DNA from: Rhizophagus irregularis
Taxonomy: Eukaryota
Direction of reading: 5' to 3'
DNA: 64,000 nucleotides
Assembly: GCF_026210795.1 (NCBI RefSeq)
Contig: NC_089433.1
Location: 682,001 to 746,000, forward strand
Positions 35,150-48,847 of the stretch are shown here, in pieces; position 1 is the stretch's first letter, and each line of letters opens with the position of its first letter. The notes below the pieces were generated by a model. The model searched no databases and was not told where the DNA came from. It was given only the letters and a program-made list of their open reading frames with translations. The position numbers were made by a program, and so were the translations under genes.

Positions 35150-36608
35150 GAATGAGCATATTAGTGGGGTAAATGAAAGTTATTACTTGGTCTCCTGGAT
35201 AATATCTTCCAATAAAATCTTGCTTTTGAAACCGAACCATTGGTAAAGTTTGATCCTATTTTTTTATAATTTACTGTTAAGTTTTTCCAAGCCAGTAATC
35301 TTAGTATTATGGTTCAAATAGATCAGGGACATTAGAATAATTATCGCATCTATTGATGGAAAATTTTCTTCATACAGTTTGAAGTATTTAAAAATGTTTT
35401 AATCTGTGGATCTAGTTCGTAAGTTTCTTCCATATCAGTATTTAAAGATCGAATTTTAAAGCTCCAGTTTGTGAGCTATTACTTTGAATAAGTTACCTAA
35501 AACATGATTACTTTTGCCAAATTTTAAGACTAAGACCATTTCAATTTCTCAATGTCATTTCAAGTCTTAAGTCATCATTTCGCCCACGTAATGGTATGCG
35601 AATTTATAAATTTCTGTGAATATGGGGGATATTCAGTTTCATCCTCTGGGAGGTTCGGCATGTATTGATTGAATCTTTAAGCTCTTTGTTCGGTTTCATC
35701 ATTAGCATTTTCCAGGATGAATCAAGGTATTCCCTCCCATTTAAATATAAGTTCATGACTTTATCTTTACTGAGATCATCAAAGAACATTTTGCTCTCTT
35801 CAAGCTTCCAGTCTGGCATGTATATATTCCCCACTTATCAAATTCCTTATGAAGAAACAAGAATGATTTCGGCATCATACTCCGTTGGGTGTTGTCCATC
35901 CACGATATACCATACTTTTGGGACATCCAGATTCTATTCTTTAAAGCGAAAGATTTCAATACACAAGATGTGTTTCTTACTGTAAAGAATCGGATTTTTA
36001 TTGGCTTTATGGTACACTACCATTTTCCCTAGACCTGAAAGATATATAATAGGTAGTAGCTGAAATGTTTCCCAGTCCCTGGATTGCCAGTGATCCGCAA
36101 TCTTTTTATTTTATTTTCAAGAACAACGCTTTCAAATCATCATAGCATTTGCGGACAAACAGATAGGTTTTTTACTATCAGCCAAATAGAGAAAATTCTT
36201 GCGGTCTTTAAACCTTTCCAGAATTTCTCAATTTTTTTATCGTTAATTCCTCTGCAAACCACTGTACAATAGGAATAAATGTGTAGACAGAGTTAATATA
36301 GAAGTATTCGATATCATTAAAAGTTATACGTCACGATCATGTCGACCAATGCGAAGGTAAATTGGGTTAAGAGACCAAAAAAGGCAAAGTTAGATAACGA
36401 TGTAACACAAAATCAAAAGTCGAGTCCTATTATTTTTAGAACGTATAATAACTTTCCTTGGGAAACAAAGTTTAAGGTCAGGCGTTGAAGAACATTCATC
36501 ACATTATTTTTCCAGGATTTTTGTAAAAAGTGAGAGCATAACTCAGCAATTTCTTTTTTTATTTGAAGTGAGACCGATAATACATCACAAATATCATTAA
36601 GAGACATT
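35150..36608 (-). pseudogene. Crinkler/RHS-like NTPase-family pseudogene
   Basis: 'YLFVRKCYDDL', a frameshifted Walker-A-like segment near 36070-36095, 'VWYIVDGQHP', 'IILVSS' and 'YMPDWKLEE'; multiple stops. Confidence 0.6.
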
Positions 36609-37163
36609 GCTTTTTTATTAGAAAGAATTTTTAGAGACGAAAAAACTAAATACAAAATGGGTTGAGTTTATATCAAACTTCACATCAAACTTTCTATCAC
36701 GCATAAAATATATAAAAAGTGATTGTCATGAAGTATCTTGATTATAATATTACGTAATATCAGATAATCACAGTGGTCATACGAGAGACCTCAATGACCA
36801 ATGGGAACGTTTTTCTCCCTTCACGAGTATTTATCGTAAAATGAATTATAATAAAATTTTGAAAGAAAAAATGATCGAAATAGCAGTAGCTAACACATAA
36901 TATGTTACATCGATATATCTATGTTGTATGTAAGTTGCAGAATCAATTTTTAATTTCAAACTAGTAACTATTATTTTTGTTTTTTCTTTTTAAAATCGTA
37001 CCACTGTACCACCGTGTGCACATTTCTAATTTAATAAAATGATCGGCTGGTCATATGATGTTTACGATGCTATTGTCTCGTGAAAAAGGCAGACACCAAT
37101 TCTCTATTTCTTAAATCTCATTTTGTTTACACGATTTTTTTTTTAAAAGAAAAGGAAAAAAAA

Positions 37164-38797
37164 ATGTCAAAAATTATTGAAGAATTTAATATTACTAAAT
37201 GTCAAAGACTTTCTCAATTGAATGAGAAAATAATTAAGCAATACGAGTACGTAATATTTATTTTAATATATCTTGAGGTTTTTTTGAGACCTGATATTGA
37301 TTTAATTCACTTATCAATTTAGAACACAAACTGGAGCAAGGATTATTCTTAATACCGGGCAAATTACAACTTTGACAATCTCCGGAAATTCATCTGAATT
37401 TAAAAAAGCCAAAATTTTGATAAGAGATTTCCTTGAAAAAAATTCTTTTATTCCAAAAGTTTATTATCTTATTTTGGACAGATCAATTTTGAAAAATAAT
37501 GACAAACTTAAATTTGTTAAATTCCATGAGGAAACTATAGAAATTAACGATGATGTCGGTGATGGTGGTGATAATTCTTTGGAAGATTCAGACAGAAAAG
37601 CCCATTATTTCGTTGAATTTCTACAACAAAATAATGAGACCGACGATGATGATGATTCGAGCAAACCTGAAGAATTCCTAAATTTAATTTCTCCATGTCA
37701 TTTTAATACTTTCAACAAAATTGAAGATTGTTTGGAAAGATTATATTTAAAGATAAAAACAACAATTAAAAGAAGTTATGCATTTCCCGACCAAATCGTC
37801 TTTAAACCTAATATATACCTTGGCAAAGCCTTATTTTCTGATGTTATTAATCCTGAGGATACTTTTGTTTTAAAAGAATGGTATATGTTTAATATCTTAT
37901 CAGAACATGGTAGTCGTGAAAGTATTGATGATTATACTTTTGATGGTGAATTTTACAATAATAATACCGTTAATACTGCATTTCATCAAGGCTCACTTCA
38001 AATTAAAGAAAATTTCAAAATACTTGAACAAAAATTTGATTTCAAATTGGACAGTGAACAAGTTGCCCAAGACAAAAACAAAGGAAAAATAAGCATTTTT
38101 TATTCTCCTGGAGAATTCAAGAGGAGAAAGATAACATTGCGATGGAGCGAACGAGAAAATAAATGGAAAGTTACTGTTAACGCACATGGTCTTAATCGTT
38201 TAGGTGAGTGATTTTACTAACTAAAATTAAAATGTATTTTTTATTTTTTTTTTCTTTTTTAACAAATTTTTATTAGCGCATATTGATATTCTCTCTGGAT
38301 CAAAGGAGCCTGATATTAGACTCTCGCTTAAAACTTTTTATAATCTTCCTTCTGAGGGCTCAGAGATTGAAGAGACGGTTGATAAAGTTCAGTCTCAAAT
38401 TTTTTACGAAAGAGATGGAATGTGGTTTAAATCAAATGATTTTATCGATACTATAATTAAACGGGCTGTTGTTCGACAAGTTATTGAAAAGAAACGTTAC
38501 AAGTAATAGATTCATTGTTTCTTCACAGTGATTAATTAATCTTTTCTTTTAAACAATTCTCATCTTTTAAATCTTTATTTTCACTTAAAATTATAAAGAA
38601 ATAAGGATTTTTTTATTACATTCTCAACGGTAAAACAGGACAATAGAGGTAAAATTACGATTCAAAATTTTATCAAGTTGAAACATCGTTTTTGGAAACA
38701 AAAGATTAGCAAGATTAGCTTAGATAACGTTGAAGATTTTATGAAGAGCGCTAGTGAAATTTTACATTATGCTCGAGAATTGATAAGTGCAATATAA
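37164..38797 (+). CDS. Paralogue A: degenerate KH-like N-terminus plus uncharacterised domain, 4 exons
   Basis: Three GT-AG introns at positions shared with B and C; spliced 'IIKQYETQTGARIIL...LTISGNSSEFKKAKILIRDFL'. Confidence 0.8.
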
Positions 38798-39386
38798 ATA
38801 ATTTATAGAAAATATTTTCTGTTTTTTTGTATAAATTTCTAATTTATGTAAATATTGTTTAAGCTAAAATCAAATAAATAAATTTTATTTCATCTAATCG
38901 AAATTATTTATCTGACAATGTATATCTCAGTTTGGAGCATAAAGTTTTTTAAGCTATTTTCCGTACTTTTTGGCAAATATTTGAACTATTACTTCGTGAT
39001 TATAAATGAGTTTAAAAACATATTAGGAATAATGTACAGTATTTGTGTGATTTGTGTGATTTAAAAAATTGTTGATTGTTCGTTCAGTTGATTGCCGATC
39101 GTTAATTATTGTCTACAAGATCTACATGCAATTGTCTACCAAATTTACCTATTACATACGATAAATAATAATATTTTGTGGCCGAAAGTCGAAATGAGAT
39201 TATAATAACACATAATTGCAACCATCGTGTAATACCCATGTATCACCGTGTACACAGCGGTCAGTCATATGATAGTTATTGTTTCGAAAAAAGGTAATTG
39301 ATTTTGATATAAATTACTTATTGGGAGTACTTACAGTCCTTCACCCCTTTACCATCGCTTTTGTTCATACAATCTTCGAAAGAAAA

Positions 39387-41023
39387 ATGTCGAATATCGA
39401 AAAATTTGATATTACTAGATGCCAGAGACTTTCTCAATTAAATGAGAAAATAATTAAGCAATACGAGTACGTAATATTTATTTTAATATATCTTGGGTTT
39501 TTTTTGAGACCTGATATTATTATATTTAATTCACTTATTAATTTTAGAACACAAACTGGAGCAAGGATTATTCTTAATACCGGGCAAATTACAACTTTGA
39601 CAATCTCCGGAAATTCATCTCAATTTATAAATGCCAAAGTTTTGATAAGAGATTTCCTTGAAAAAACCTCCTTTCTTCCAACACTTAGTTATTTTGTTTT
39701 GGCTGAACATGTTTCGAATAATAGAAAACTTAAATTTGAGAAATTCAATGAGAAAACTGTAGAAATTAATGGGGATGGTGGTGATGATGGTAATGATGGT
39801 AATGATGGTTATGATGATGATGATAATGATTCTTTAGATGGATCAGACATAAAATCTCGTTATTTCATTAAGTTTGATGAGACTGTCGTTAATTATGACG
39901 ATAATAAACCTGATGAATATATAAATCTTACTCCATATCAATTCAATACCATCAATAAAATTGGTGATTGTTTGGAAAGATTATTTTTAAAAATAAAAAC
40001 AACTATTAATAGGAGTCTTACATTCCACGACCAAATCATTTTTAAACCTAAAATATTCTTTGGTAAACTCTTATTTTTTGATTTTACTAATCCCGAAGAT
40101 CCTTTTGTTTTACAAGAATGGTATAGGTTTAATGTCTTATCAAAAAGAGGTCGTAGCGAAAGTGTTGCCGATTGTTCTTGTGATGATGGTGATCTTTATG
40201 GTTGTAGGACCGTTAATAATGAATTTCAACAAGGTTCGCCTCTAATTGAGGAAAATTTTAGAATATTTCAACAAAAATTTGGGTTTAAATTGGATGATGA
40301 ACAGGGTAAAAACAAGGGAAAAGTAAATATTACTTATGTTCCATCACCAACTAAGAAGAGAAAGATAACATTGCGTTGGAGTGAACAAGAAAATAAATGG
40401 AAAGTTGCTATCAATGCTCATGGTCTTAATCGTCTAGGTGAGTGATTTTACAATTTAAATTCTTTAAAAAAGAAAAAAATAAATTGTTTTTTTAACTTCC
40501 TTTTTTTTTATTATTAGCTAATATTGATATTGTCTCTGGATCAAAAACGCCTGACATAAGATTCTCACTTAAAACTTTTTATGGACTTCCTTCTGAAGGT
40601 TCAGAAATTGAGAAAACAGTGAATGTCGTACAATCTCAAATTTCTGCTGAAAGAGATGGCATGTGGTTTAAATCAAAAGATTTTAAAGGCACTGAAATTA
40701 AAAGAGCTGTAATTCGTCAAGTCATTAGAAAGAAATGCTACAAGTAATAAATTTATTGTTTTCTCACGGTGATCAATTAATCTTTTAAAAAATTCATATT
40801 AATTTAAATTTTTTTACTTTAAAATTGAAGGAATGAAAAATTTTCTATTACGTTTTCAACAGTAAAACAGGAAGAGAAAGGTAAATTCTTCATTCAAGAC
40901 TCTATCACTTTAGGACACAAATTTTGGGATCAAAAAATTAGCTTAGATAATGTTGAAGAATTTATGACGAGTATTTTTGAATCTTTGTTTTATGCTCGAG
41001 AAATGATGAATGTTTTTGTTTGA
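39387..41023 (+). CDS. Paralogue B of the same family, 4 exons
   Basis: Same exon structure and motifs; expanded GATGAT/GGT acidic linker. Confidence 0.8.
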
Positions 41024-41443
41024 TAAATATTTTTTATTTTCGCTTTAATCCTATTTTCACGAATCTTCTTAATTATTTAAGTTTATTGTCAAATAAATTA
41101 TTTTATTTTATTTTCTTTAAGAGATATTATTTAACTGGTCATAAAATTTTAGCCCCTCCTACTTTATAACTTTTTATTCTTTTTTTATATTTTAATAAAA
41201 TGTCGCAAGAGAATGCGAGAGAAGGTTGAAGATTTCACGAGTTAATCTCAATAATTATTACATAGTTAATTATTAAAAGTACTATGCTTGCCAACAAATA
41301 AATAACGTAAAACAGAAGGTTTATTCTTGCCATGATTGCCCCCAAATTTATACTAAGCGTGAAACTATTAAAGTAAAAACCCATAAATTAATAGATGGTT
41401 TTCGAATGTGGCTTTTTTTTATGTTACACTGCTGTCACTATTG

Positions 41444-42240
41444 TCATAGTTGCTTCTGTTGGAATTGTTGTTCTTGTTTCAGTTGAGCGTGCTTAAGTGA
41501 CTGTAACTTTGCTGTTATGATTTGATAATATTCAATTTTTGAACTTGCTTTATTATATATATCTTCTTCCATTTCTTTAAATCTTTGATTCACGTTGTAT
41601 TTTGTATTAAAAACTTCCAAGAGCACAAATAATCTTTTTACGTTAGCTTTACGTTCTATTTATTCATTTATGTAAAAGCAGGAGAGTAAACAATAAAAAA
41701 GTCCTATACATGTTAGCTTTACGTTCTTCGTATGACAATATAAGATGCCATGCTTGTTGCAAATTGCACGTGATTTTTATTGCGCATTGCGGTCGCGCAA
41801 TGCACGCACATATTTGGATTACATGCAATTTGCATAAATCAAGCGGACCGCGACCATGTAATTTGCATAAATCGAGCGGACCGCGACCATGTAATTTGCA
41901 TAAATCAAGAGGACCGCAAGATTTCAACAGCATCGGTCTGCTGATTTTGTTGCTGTTGTCGCCGTTGCTTTTGTTGTAGTTGCTGTTGCTGTATAGCGCG
42001 CATTTTTGCTACTAATGTTTGATTATATTCATATTTTGATTTAGCTCTCTTATGTGCATCATCTTCCCATTTCTTTGAAGCAGTAAACCTCTGATTCACG
42101 TTGAGGTTGATATTAAAAACTTCAAAGAGAACAAATAATCTTTTTACATTAGTTTTACGTTCTCCGTCTGACAATGTAAAACGCCAATTAGCTGAAGAAG
42201 AGGAAGCAGTATACATGTTTATTTGTTGATTTGTAGACAT
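41444..42240 (-). pseudogene. Gal11/Med15-like double KIX-domain, polyQ protein, interrupted by insertions
   Basis: Two repeats of 'WxxxLSxxERKxNVKRLFVL...NVNQRF...E.D...A.SK.EY....AK', each followed by a Q-rich tract. The first half (41905-42240) is an open ORF on its own. Confidence 0.6.
41751..41931. mobile_element. Small insertion with imperfect TIRs and 33-bp internal repeats
   Basis: TGCTTGTTGCAAATTGC versus the reverse-complemented right end GCTGTTGAAATCTTGC; about 3x AATTTGCATAAATC.AGCGGACCGCGACCATGT. Removal fuses the two KIX halves in frame (QQTD-WHLILSYEERK). Confidence 0.6.
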
Positions 42241-42692
42241 AATAAATTTTTATGAAGGGATTATTTGTTTGAGAATTATTTAGAGCGTAAGAAGAGAGTT
42301 ATAAATGTGAATGTTGTTATTTTGAGAGAAATAAAAAACAAATAACCCTTATTATATATTTTTTTCGTGTCATGGGAATTTACCTTATTTGGTAGTATAT
42401 ATCGCTGTTATCAGTTATCGTTCAGCCCAATAGGAAAAAGCAGATTTTCATAGACCGATATTAATGTTTTTTTATTTAATTTTTTTTTTTACATTGCATT
42501 GTGTGATATGCTGTAAACTTTATTTTAGGTTAGCAGTTAGCTGTGTGCCAAGTGTTATAGTATTATACACATTCGCAACGTCACAAGGTTAAATTTTTTT
42601 TTTAGGTAATATCATTTATCTTTCTAAGATGATGTCTCCAGACGCGTCGAACGCGTATCTTAATCGCAATCCAATCATTGTTGAGAATTATA

Positions 42693-42851
42693 CATGGGTT
42701 CAAGCCATGCGAAATATTACGCCACATTACACCAATTCGGCAATACCCCCGGTGTAATACTTGTGTAACACGATCGTAATACTCTTCGATGTAATATATT
42801 TCACCATTTTCACCATTATGCCGAATTATCTGAAATAATTATTCCTCCATG
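42693..42851. mobile_element. TA-flanked MITE, copy 1
   Basis: TA-CATGG...CCATG-TA; the body is similar to 47101-47280 (GAAATATTAC...CATTACACCAATTCGGCA...GGTGTAATAC...ATGCCGAATTATCTGAA). Confidence 0.65.
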
Positions 42852-44246
42852 TATATTTGAGAATATTACATTTTATTTCCCCTTGACGATATTTCTGACC
42901 AAGAAATGACGTTTTTCTGAAACGCATACCTCCTCCATCGAATGACGAACACAAATATATTTTTACATAATACCATACAGATTTATTTAATCACTTGGAA
43001 ACATGGTTATTAATGGATTTTATAAAGCCCGAAACATTTAGAAACATGACGAATGCTTTCTAGGTTTCACAGTTTTTAATAATGCAAAGGCCGGATATAT
43101 TGAAACGACGCGCCATTAAAATTCAAAAGTGTCAGTTACATGGTTATTATTTTTTTCTATTTGCTAACCCGGCAAGTTCTCGGCATTAGTTTTGCTAAAT
43201 GCCGGCAATTTATGAATTTGCTGTAATCTCTTTGTATAAAAAACAAAAAAAAACCGGATTTTTAATGATTTTGAATGGAAAGAATACGAAACGAAAGGAT
43301 TACCTAATAAATGCGTGAGAGTTTTCATATCTTATATTGTCAATTACTTGGCCTTTTACCAGTATAAAAATTTTTATTATGAGTCATCACAATTTATATA
43401 ATTTGTCATCTTCAAGTTCAGATGATAGAAATGTAAAAATGACAGCCAAATGTTAAAAGTTAATAATTCGATATAACGAATGCTGACGATCAATATTGAA
43501 ACTTAACCGAAAAGTTATTATGAAATCTAACCGAATTTTGTCTGATATATTAAGACGAATGACAGCGAATTGTAAAATAAAAATCAGCTTTCGTGTAATA
43601 ATCGTATTTTTTGATAAAACTTAACTATAGATGCACGTTTCTTTTTGTAATATGCGTCTATGATAGCGTATATTACCATAATGAAAGTGCATCTATGGCG
43701 ACGTAAGTAATAATTAATTATTTTTATTTTATTACAGAAATTAAAAAAAAACTTATTATTTTTTATTGTCCATGTGATTTTAAATTTCGAGGAAATGAAA
43801 ATTCGTTCATAAATCTCATGCAAATTTGTTCCAGAGTTATTCTGCCTGCGAAGCAACACTATATCATTCTTTCCTTGAAAATTATAACGTAATAATTTTA
43901 ATTGGGTAATCTGTTATTCAAATTATAATATATTTGTATTTCAAAAAGAATAAAAATTTCACACAATATACCTATATATAAACACTCACAACATGTGGAA
44001 AAGACCATAATATAATAAAAGAAATAGTCAAAGTCAAGGAGGAACTAGGAAGAGATAAAATGATCAGTTTATCAAATCATGTAATGATAACATCACGTTA
44101 TCGGCGATCGAATGACCGATGTGCCGCTGTACCACCATGTACATAATCCAATTTAATAAATTGATCGGTTAAAAATTATTTACTGAGAATTTATCCTTAC
44201 CATCGAAATTTCGTTTTGTTCATACGATCATCAAATGAAAAAAAAA

Positions 44247-45901
44247 ATGCCCAGGATTATTGAAAAATCTTTCGATATTACTAAATGTCAAAGACTTTCT
44301 CAATTAAACGAGAAAATAATTAAGCAATACGAGTACGTAATATTTTTATTTTAATATACAGTATATATGTTTTTTTTTTCTTGAAATCCTGATATTATTA
44401 TATCTAATTCAATTTATTAATTCAGAAGAAAAACTGGAGCAAGAATTATTGTTCATACCGGACAAATTACAACTTTGACAATCTCTGGAAATTCATCTCA
44501 ATTTATAGAAGCCAAAGTTTTGATGAGAGATTTGCTTGACAAGACTTCTTTTATTCCAGCAGTTTGTTACTTCATTTTAGCAGATCCAGTTTCAGATAGC
44601 AAGCTTAAATTCGTTGAATTTAATGAGAAAATTGTAGAAATTAACGATGATGATGGTGATGATGATGGTGGTGGTGACGATTCATTAGATGAATCAAAAA
44701 GAATAACTTACTATTCCATTGAATTTCTACAAGATTATGAGGCTGATGATAATAATTATGCTAACAGGTCTGAGAATTTCTTAGATCTAATTACTCCATG
44801 TAAATTCAACACCTTCAATAAACTTAATTATTGCTTGGAAAGATTATCTTTAAAAATGAAAACAACTATTAAAAGAAGTCTTGCATTCCCAGACGACCAA
44901 ATCATTTTTAAACCTAAAATAATCTTTGGTAAACTTCTATTTTATGGTATTACAAGTCCAGAAGATCCTTTTGTTTTACAAGAATGGTATAGGTTTAATG
45001 CCTTATCAAGAATTATCAATGAAATTATTGACGATTACTCTCGCGATGATGATAAATTATACGGTGGTAAAATGATCTATAATGAATTTCGACAAGGTTC
45101 CCTTCTAATTAAGGAAAAGTTTAAAATACTTCAACAAAAATTTGGATTCAAGTTGGACAGTGAACAAAATATAAACAAGGGGAAAGTAACCATCTTTTAT
45201 GTTCCTGCAGAATTTAAAAAGAGAAGAATTTCATTGCGTTTGAGTGAACAAGAAAATGAATGGAAAGTCGCTATCCACGCTCATAGTCTTAACCGTCTAG
45301 GTTAGTAATTTATTATTATTATAAATTGAAAATTTTTTAACAATTTTTTTTTAATTAAAAAAACTTTTTTTTTTTTTTTATTAGCGAGCATTGATATTAT
45401 CTCTGGATCAAAAGAACCTGATTTTAGACTTTCACTTAAATCTTTTTACGACCTTCCTTCTGAGGGTTCTGGAATTGAAAAGACGGTTAATGACGTTCAA
45501 TCTCGAATTTCCGGCGAAAGGAATGGCATGTGGTTTCAATCAAAAGATTTTGCCGGCACTACAATTAAACGAGCAGTAGTTCGACAATTCATTGAAAAGA
45601 AACGTTACAAGTAATAAATTCATTTATTTCTTCGCAGTAATCAATTAATTTTTCTTTAAAGAAATTTTGCTAAAATTGTTAAAATATTTTTTTATTTTTT
45701 ACTTAAAGGAATGAAAAATACTCCATTACATTCTCAAAGGTCAAACAAGAAGAAAGAGGCAATATCACCTTTCAAAACATTGTCGCTTTGAAACACCGTT
45801 ATTGGGGTCAGACAATTAGCTTAGATAATGTTGATGAATTTATGAGGAGTATTACTGAAACTTTTCATGATGTTCGAAAAATGATGAATGCTTTAGTTTG
45901 A
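44247..45901 (+). CDS. Paralogue C of the KH-like family, 4 exons
   Basis: Same intron positions and motifs as A and B; alternative in-frame ATG at 44235. Confidence 0.8.
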
Positions 45902-47100
45902 TTAATTTATAGAAAATATTTTTTATTTTGCTTTTTATTTTCTTTGCTTTTATTGTATATTCATTTCTATGATCTTTTACTAATTTCTTTAAAATAATTA
46001 TAGATATTATTTAAGTTTGTAAAAAATCAAGTTAATTGATTTAATTTTATCCAAGAAATATATAACGCTTACTTTTAAAATTTATTCCTTCACCCTTTTT
46101 TTCCCTGCTGTAATAAAAAAAAAGGACGCTGGTTTGAAATGGAAAGAAAAAAGTGTTGGATAAGTTGGAATCGGCTTTTATATCGACTTTTAACATTTAA
46201 ATAAATATTTAGTCATGGTTGACTATTGAAGAAACAAACCCATAAATTAATAGATGATTTCTGAATATTTTTGTGTAGTATTTGTCATATTGCAGCAATA
46301 TTGGGAATATTGGAACTGAGAGAGGGAAACACACTCTTTATAAGAACACGAGACGATGGATTTTACATTTATTAATTTAAACAACTTGATCAGTCGTGAA
46401 AAAGCGTAGTCGATATTCACTTTAAGCATTCTCGCGTTAAGTTTTTTTATATTAATAGATTATTAAACAACTGGTTATTGTAATTTTAAAAGCCGATTGA
46501 TTCCGATTGATCGAATTATTTCAATTAAAAATTCACATTTTCAAGAATTCCTTCAAAGAATATGTTGATTATAACTTCAGTTATTATTTCTTCTAATCAC
46601 ATAACATTTCTTTAATATGTGGTATAAGATTTAGATCGATCTAATAAAGTTTTGGTCAGTACAGTTTGGGCAGTACAGTTTGGGCAGTTTTGGATTGTCC
46701 AAAAGTCTAATTTAAAAAACCAGTCCAAAATATAACGCATTGTGATACTTTAGCACTTATATTGTTTATACTAATTTAGCATTTAATTGTGTAGACACTA
46801 GACAGGTAATGATTTATGAAAATTTCCACAAAAGAATCGACCATTCACGTTTCCAAAAGAAAATGCTGATTAAAGAGGATATAAGACTGAAATATATTAT
46901 CTCATTTATGAACGACTGAGTTGTTTAAAACTCACGCGAAATTTAATTTAAAAAATCAGGAAAGAATAGTGTAATAATTTGTTACATTAAACACGAAGAA
47001 TAATACTTTATTAAACGTTATAATAATATAGTATAAAATAAGGTTTGTAGATCTTAGACCGAGGCCGTGACATAATTTCCTTTTTCGAGTCATAGCTATA

Positions 47101-47280
47101 CATGGGGGTGAATTAGGTTCAAATCATGCCGAAATATTACGGTACATTACACCAATTCGGCATTACACCGGTGTAATACTGGTGTAATACTATTTTCATA
47201 TGAATCTTCGAACAAAATTTTGTATAATATATTTCACAATTACGCCGCTTTAATGCCGAATTATCTGAATTAATTACATA
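47101..47280. mobile_element. TA-flanked MITE, copy 2 (right end eroded)
   Basis: Similar to 42693-42851. Confidence 0.6.
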
Positions 47281-48847
47281 TATAAGCCATAGCAAGCATT
47301 TGGTAAAATGGGTTCCATAAGTTTTGTTCTAGGCTCCTGAATAAAAATACATCAAGAATAATAGGATTTCCAGACATACTGCATTGTTCCAACCCTATAA
47401 ATTAATGAATTTCGTAAAAGGAATAGAAATAAGTAAATGATCTTAAATTTATTTTCAATCAAATTATAAAACTATCAATTTCAATTGTGTAAAACATACA
47501 TACAACGTTTGGATGGACAGTAAATCAAAACATTATGTGATATTTGTTGTTTGATATAATGAAAAATGTCAAACATAATAAATTTATCGAGACAATATGA
47601 AATTAGATTTTAATTTTTTGAAATGGAATTATATTTCTATATGCTCTTATTTCTTTTAATTCATCTAAATAAATTTCAGGTGACTTTTTATATTTCTCAA
47701 AATAACGTGTTTTATTTGCTTTTTTTTTAAAAAAAAAATTGGGACCGGCGTTTATATGATTTACATATACCCATTTTATACGTACAGTACAGCTCTATCT
47801 GTTTTGTATCTTAAGAAATAAATTATATAAAAATCATTAATACAACCCTGTAAACAAAATTACAAAGCTACTTGATACAATTAATATAAAATACCTACCA
47901 TATGATAGACCTCGATATAATAGATGAGATTTTAAACCTAAAGTACTAGAAAATTCACTAGTTAATGTAATTGTAACTTTGTAATCATATTCATAAAACT
48001 GATTTATTACCAAAATAATTGAGAAGGAAGCTGCTATTCGACTTGGGCATCTGTAGACCTAATTGACTGTTCACCCAATAAAACGTACGATGAATTTCTA
48101 TGAATTTCTCTATGCACACACAGTGCCATTGGAAATTTATAATATCATCGAGGGGTCCTAAAAAATAATTATAATTATTTAATATGGACTTGTCGTGCTC
48201 CACATACTTTTCGCAACAATAATTACGAAATCTTATTACTAGTTACAACTTAAAACAAAATTATATATAAACCCTACCCTTTGTTATTTATAAAACATTT
48301 GGAATGTGTGTCATCTGGGAATGCCATCTGAAACAGTGGAATATAAATGATTTGAATTGATTGAATGACTTGAAGTTGAATGCAAATCCTTTGATTCTAA
48401 AGTATTAAAGTATAAAAGTATTTAATATTAACGTTAAATACAAATTCTTTTGAACTCCATATATTCTAGTAATTGTCAAAAAGGCTTACCAAATTTTTGA
48501 ACTTTTTGATACAAAATCAAATTGCCGCGCCATGATTATATAAACCACATGTAGTTAAGTGTGGTTAAGTTTCCCGAGTTCAGTTCAATTTCAAGTTGTA
48601 AATGGAATGAATGGAAATCATGAATCAAGTTAAACTCTGTTAAATCATAGTTCAATTCTAATTAAAGAAAAAAACGTAAAAAATTTCTGATCTACATTAC
48701 ACAATAACCAGACATGATTAGCCAGATCAACATGAATATTTGTCACACAATGGCGTTAATATTCTAAGTAATTTTTTTTCTTTAACAACTCAAAAAAAAA
48801 AAAAAAAAAAAATTTTTTTTTTTTCGAATAATCAATAAAAAAAGAAG

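Noticed and set aside
41664..41979. ORFs with GPLDLCKLH / CNLHKSSGPRP repeats
   Set aside because: They are translations of the 33-bp repeats in the inserted element.
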